A DNA stretch of 64,000 nucleotides, taken from Terrimicrobiaceae bacterium (GTDB taxonomy: Bacteria > Verrucomicrobiota > Verrucomicrobiia > Chthoniobacterales > Terrimicrobiaceae). The notes under the pieces were generated by a model. The model ran no database searches. It was not told where the DNA came from and saw only the letters and a list, made by a program, of their open reading frames with translations. The position numbers were made by a program, and so were the translations under genes. How positions within the stretch are numbered: the first letter of the stretch is position 1; the number at the start of each line of letters is the position of its first letter. This document shows, piece after piece, positions 63,976 through 64,000 of the stretch. Where the stretch lies: positions 7,910 to 71,909 of the forward strand of contig JBILBH010000006.1 in assembly GCA_044353785.1 (NCBI GenBank). Direction: 5' to 3'.

Positions 63976-64000
63976 TTTTTTAACAGCGGTATAATTATCG

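Noticed and set aside
63976-64000. CGATAA at the extreme window end as a sigma-28 -10 element upstream of flgB
   Set aside because: Only the last 25 nt are available, so the -35 region is outside the window and the match cannot be evaluated.

Overview
This is a GC-rich bacterial chromosomal segment. Gene content tentatively suggests Verrucomicrobiota or a related PVC lineage: Cys-type sulfatases interleaved with glycosidases, no SusC/D pair, and a single-strand flagellar super-operon. I found no CRISPR array, transposase, integrase or prophage. The window has three blocks.

(1) Positions 1-27.3 kb are a carbohydrate-utilisation region. It holds a divergent MFS-like transporter fragment, a cytoplasmic GH38 alpha-mannosidase translationally coupled to a HAD phosphatase, and a LacI-family regulator. 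These are followed by a tightly packed 21.5-kb co-directional nine-gene operon: Na+/solute symporter, three paralogous secreted proteins of about 1,200 aa with no family I can recognise, two S1 sulfatases, a GH52-like six-hairpin protein, a SASA-type esterase, and a GH43 + NPCBM enzyme.

(2) Positions 27.4-41.3 kb are mostly housekeeping genes: trmD, a class A PBP, tRNA-Arg(CCG), tRNA(CAT), rpsT, cutA, mnmA and ppk1. Interspersed are a DUF2760 + non-canonical Hsp70 pair, a decayed DUF4258-like toxin with an intact RHH antitoxin-like ORF, and a small operon of zinc-ribbon and secreted hypothetical proteins.

(3) Positions 41.3-64 kb are a minus-strand flagellar cluster running flgB-flgC-fliE-fliF-fliG-fliH-fliI-fliJ-motE-fliK-flgD-flgE-fliL-fliM-fliN-fliO-fliP-fliQ-fliR-flhB-flhA-(small membrane ORF)-fliA-motA-motB. 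Two uncharacterised genes follow and appear co-transcribed with the stator genes.

The best candidate for something undescribed is the triplicated giant-protein family that forms the backbone of the sulfatase/glycosidase operon. All calls come from reading the supplied translations and the sequence by eye; no database search was run.
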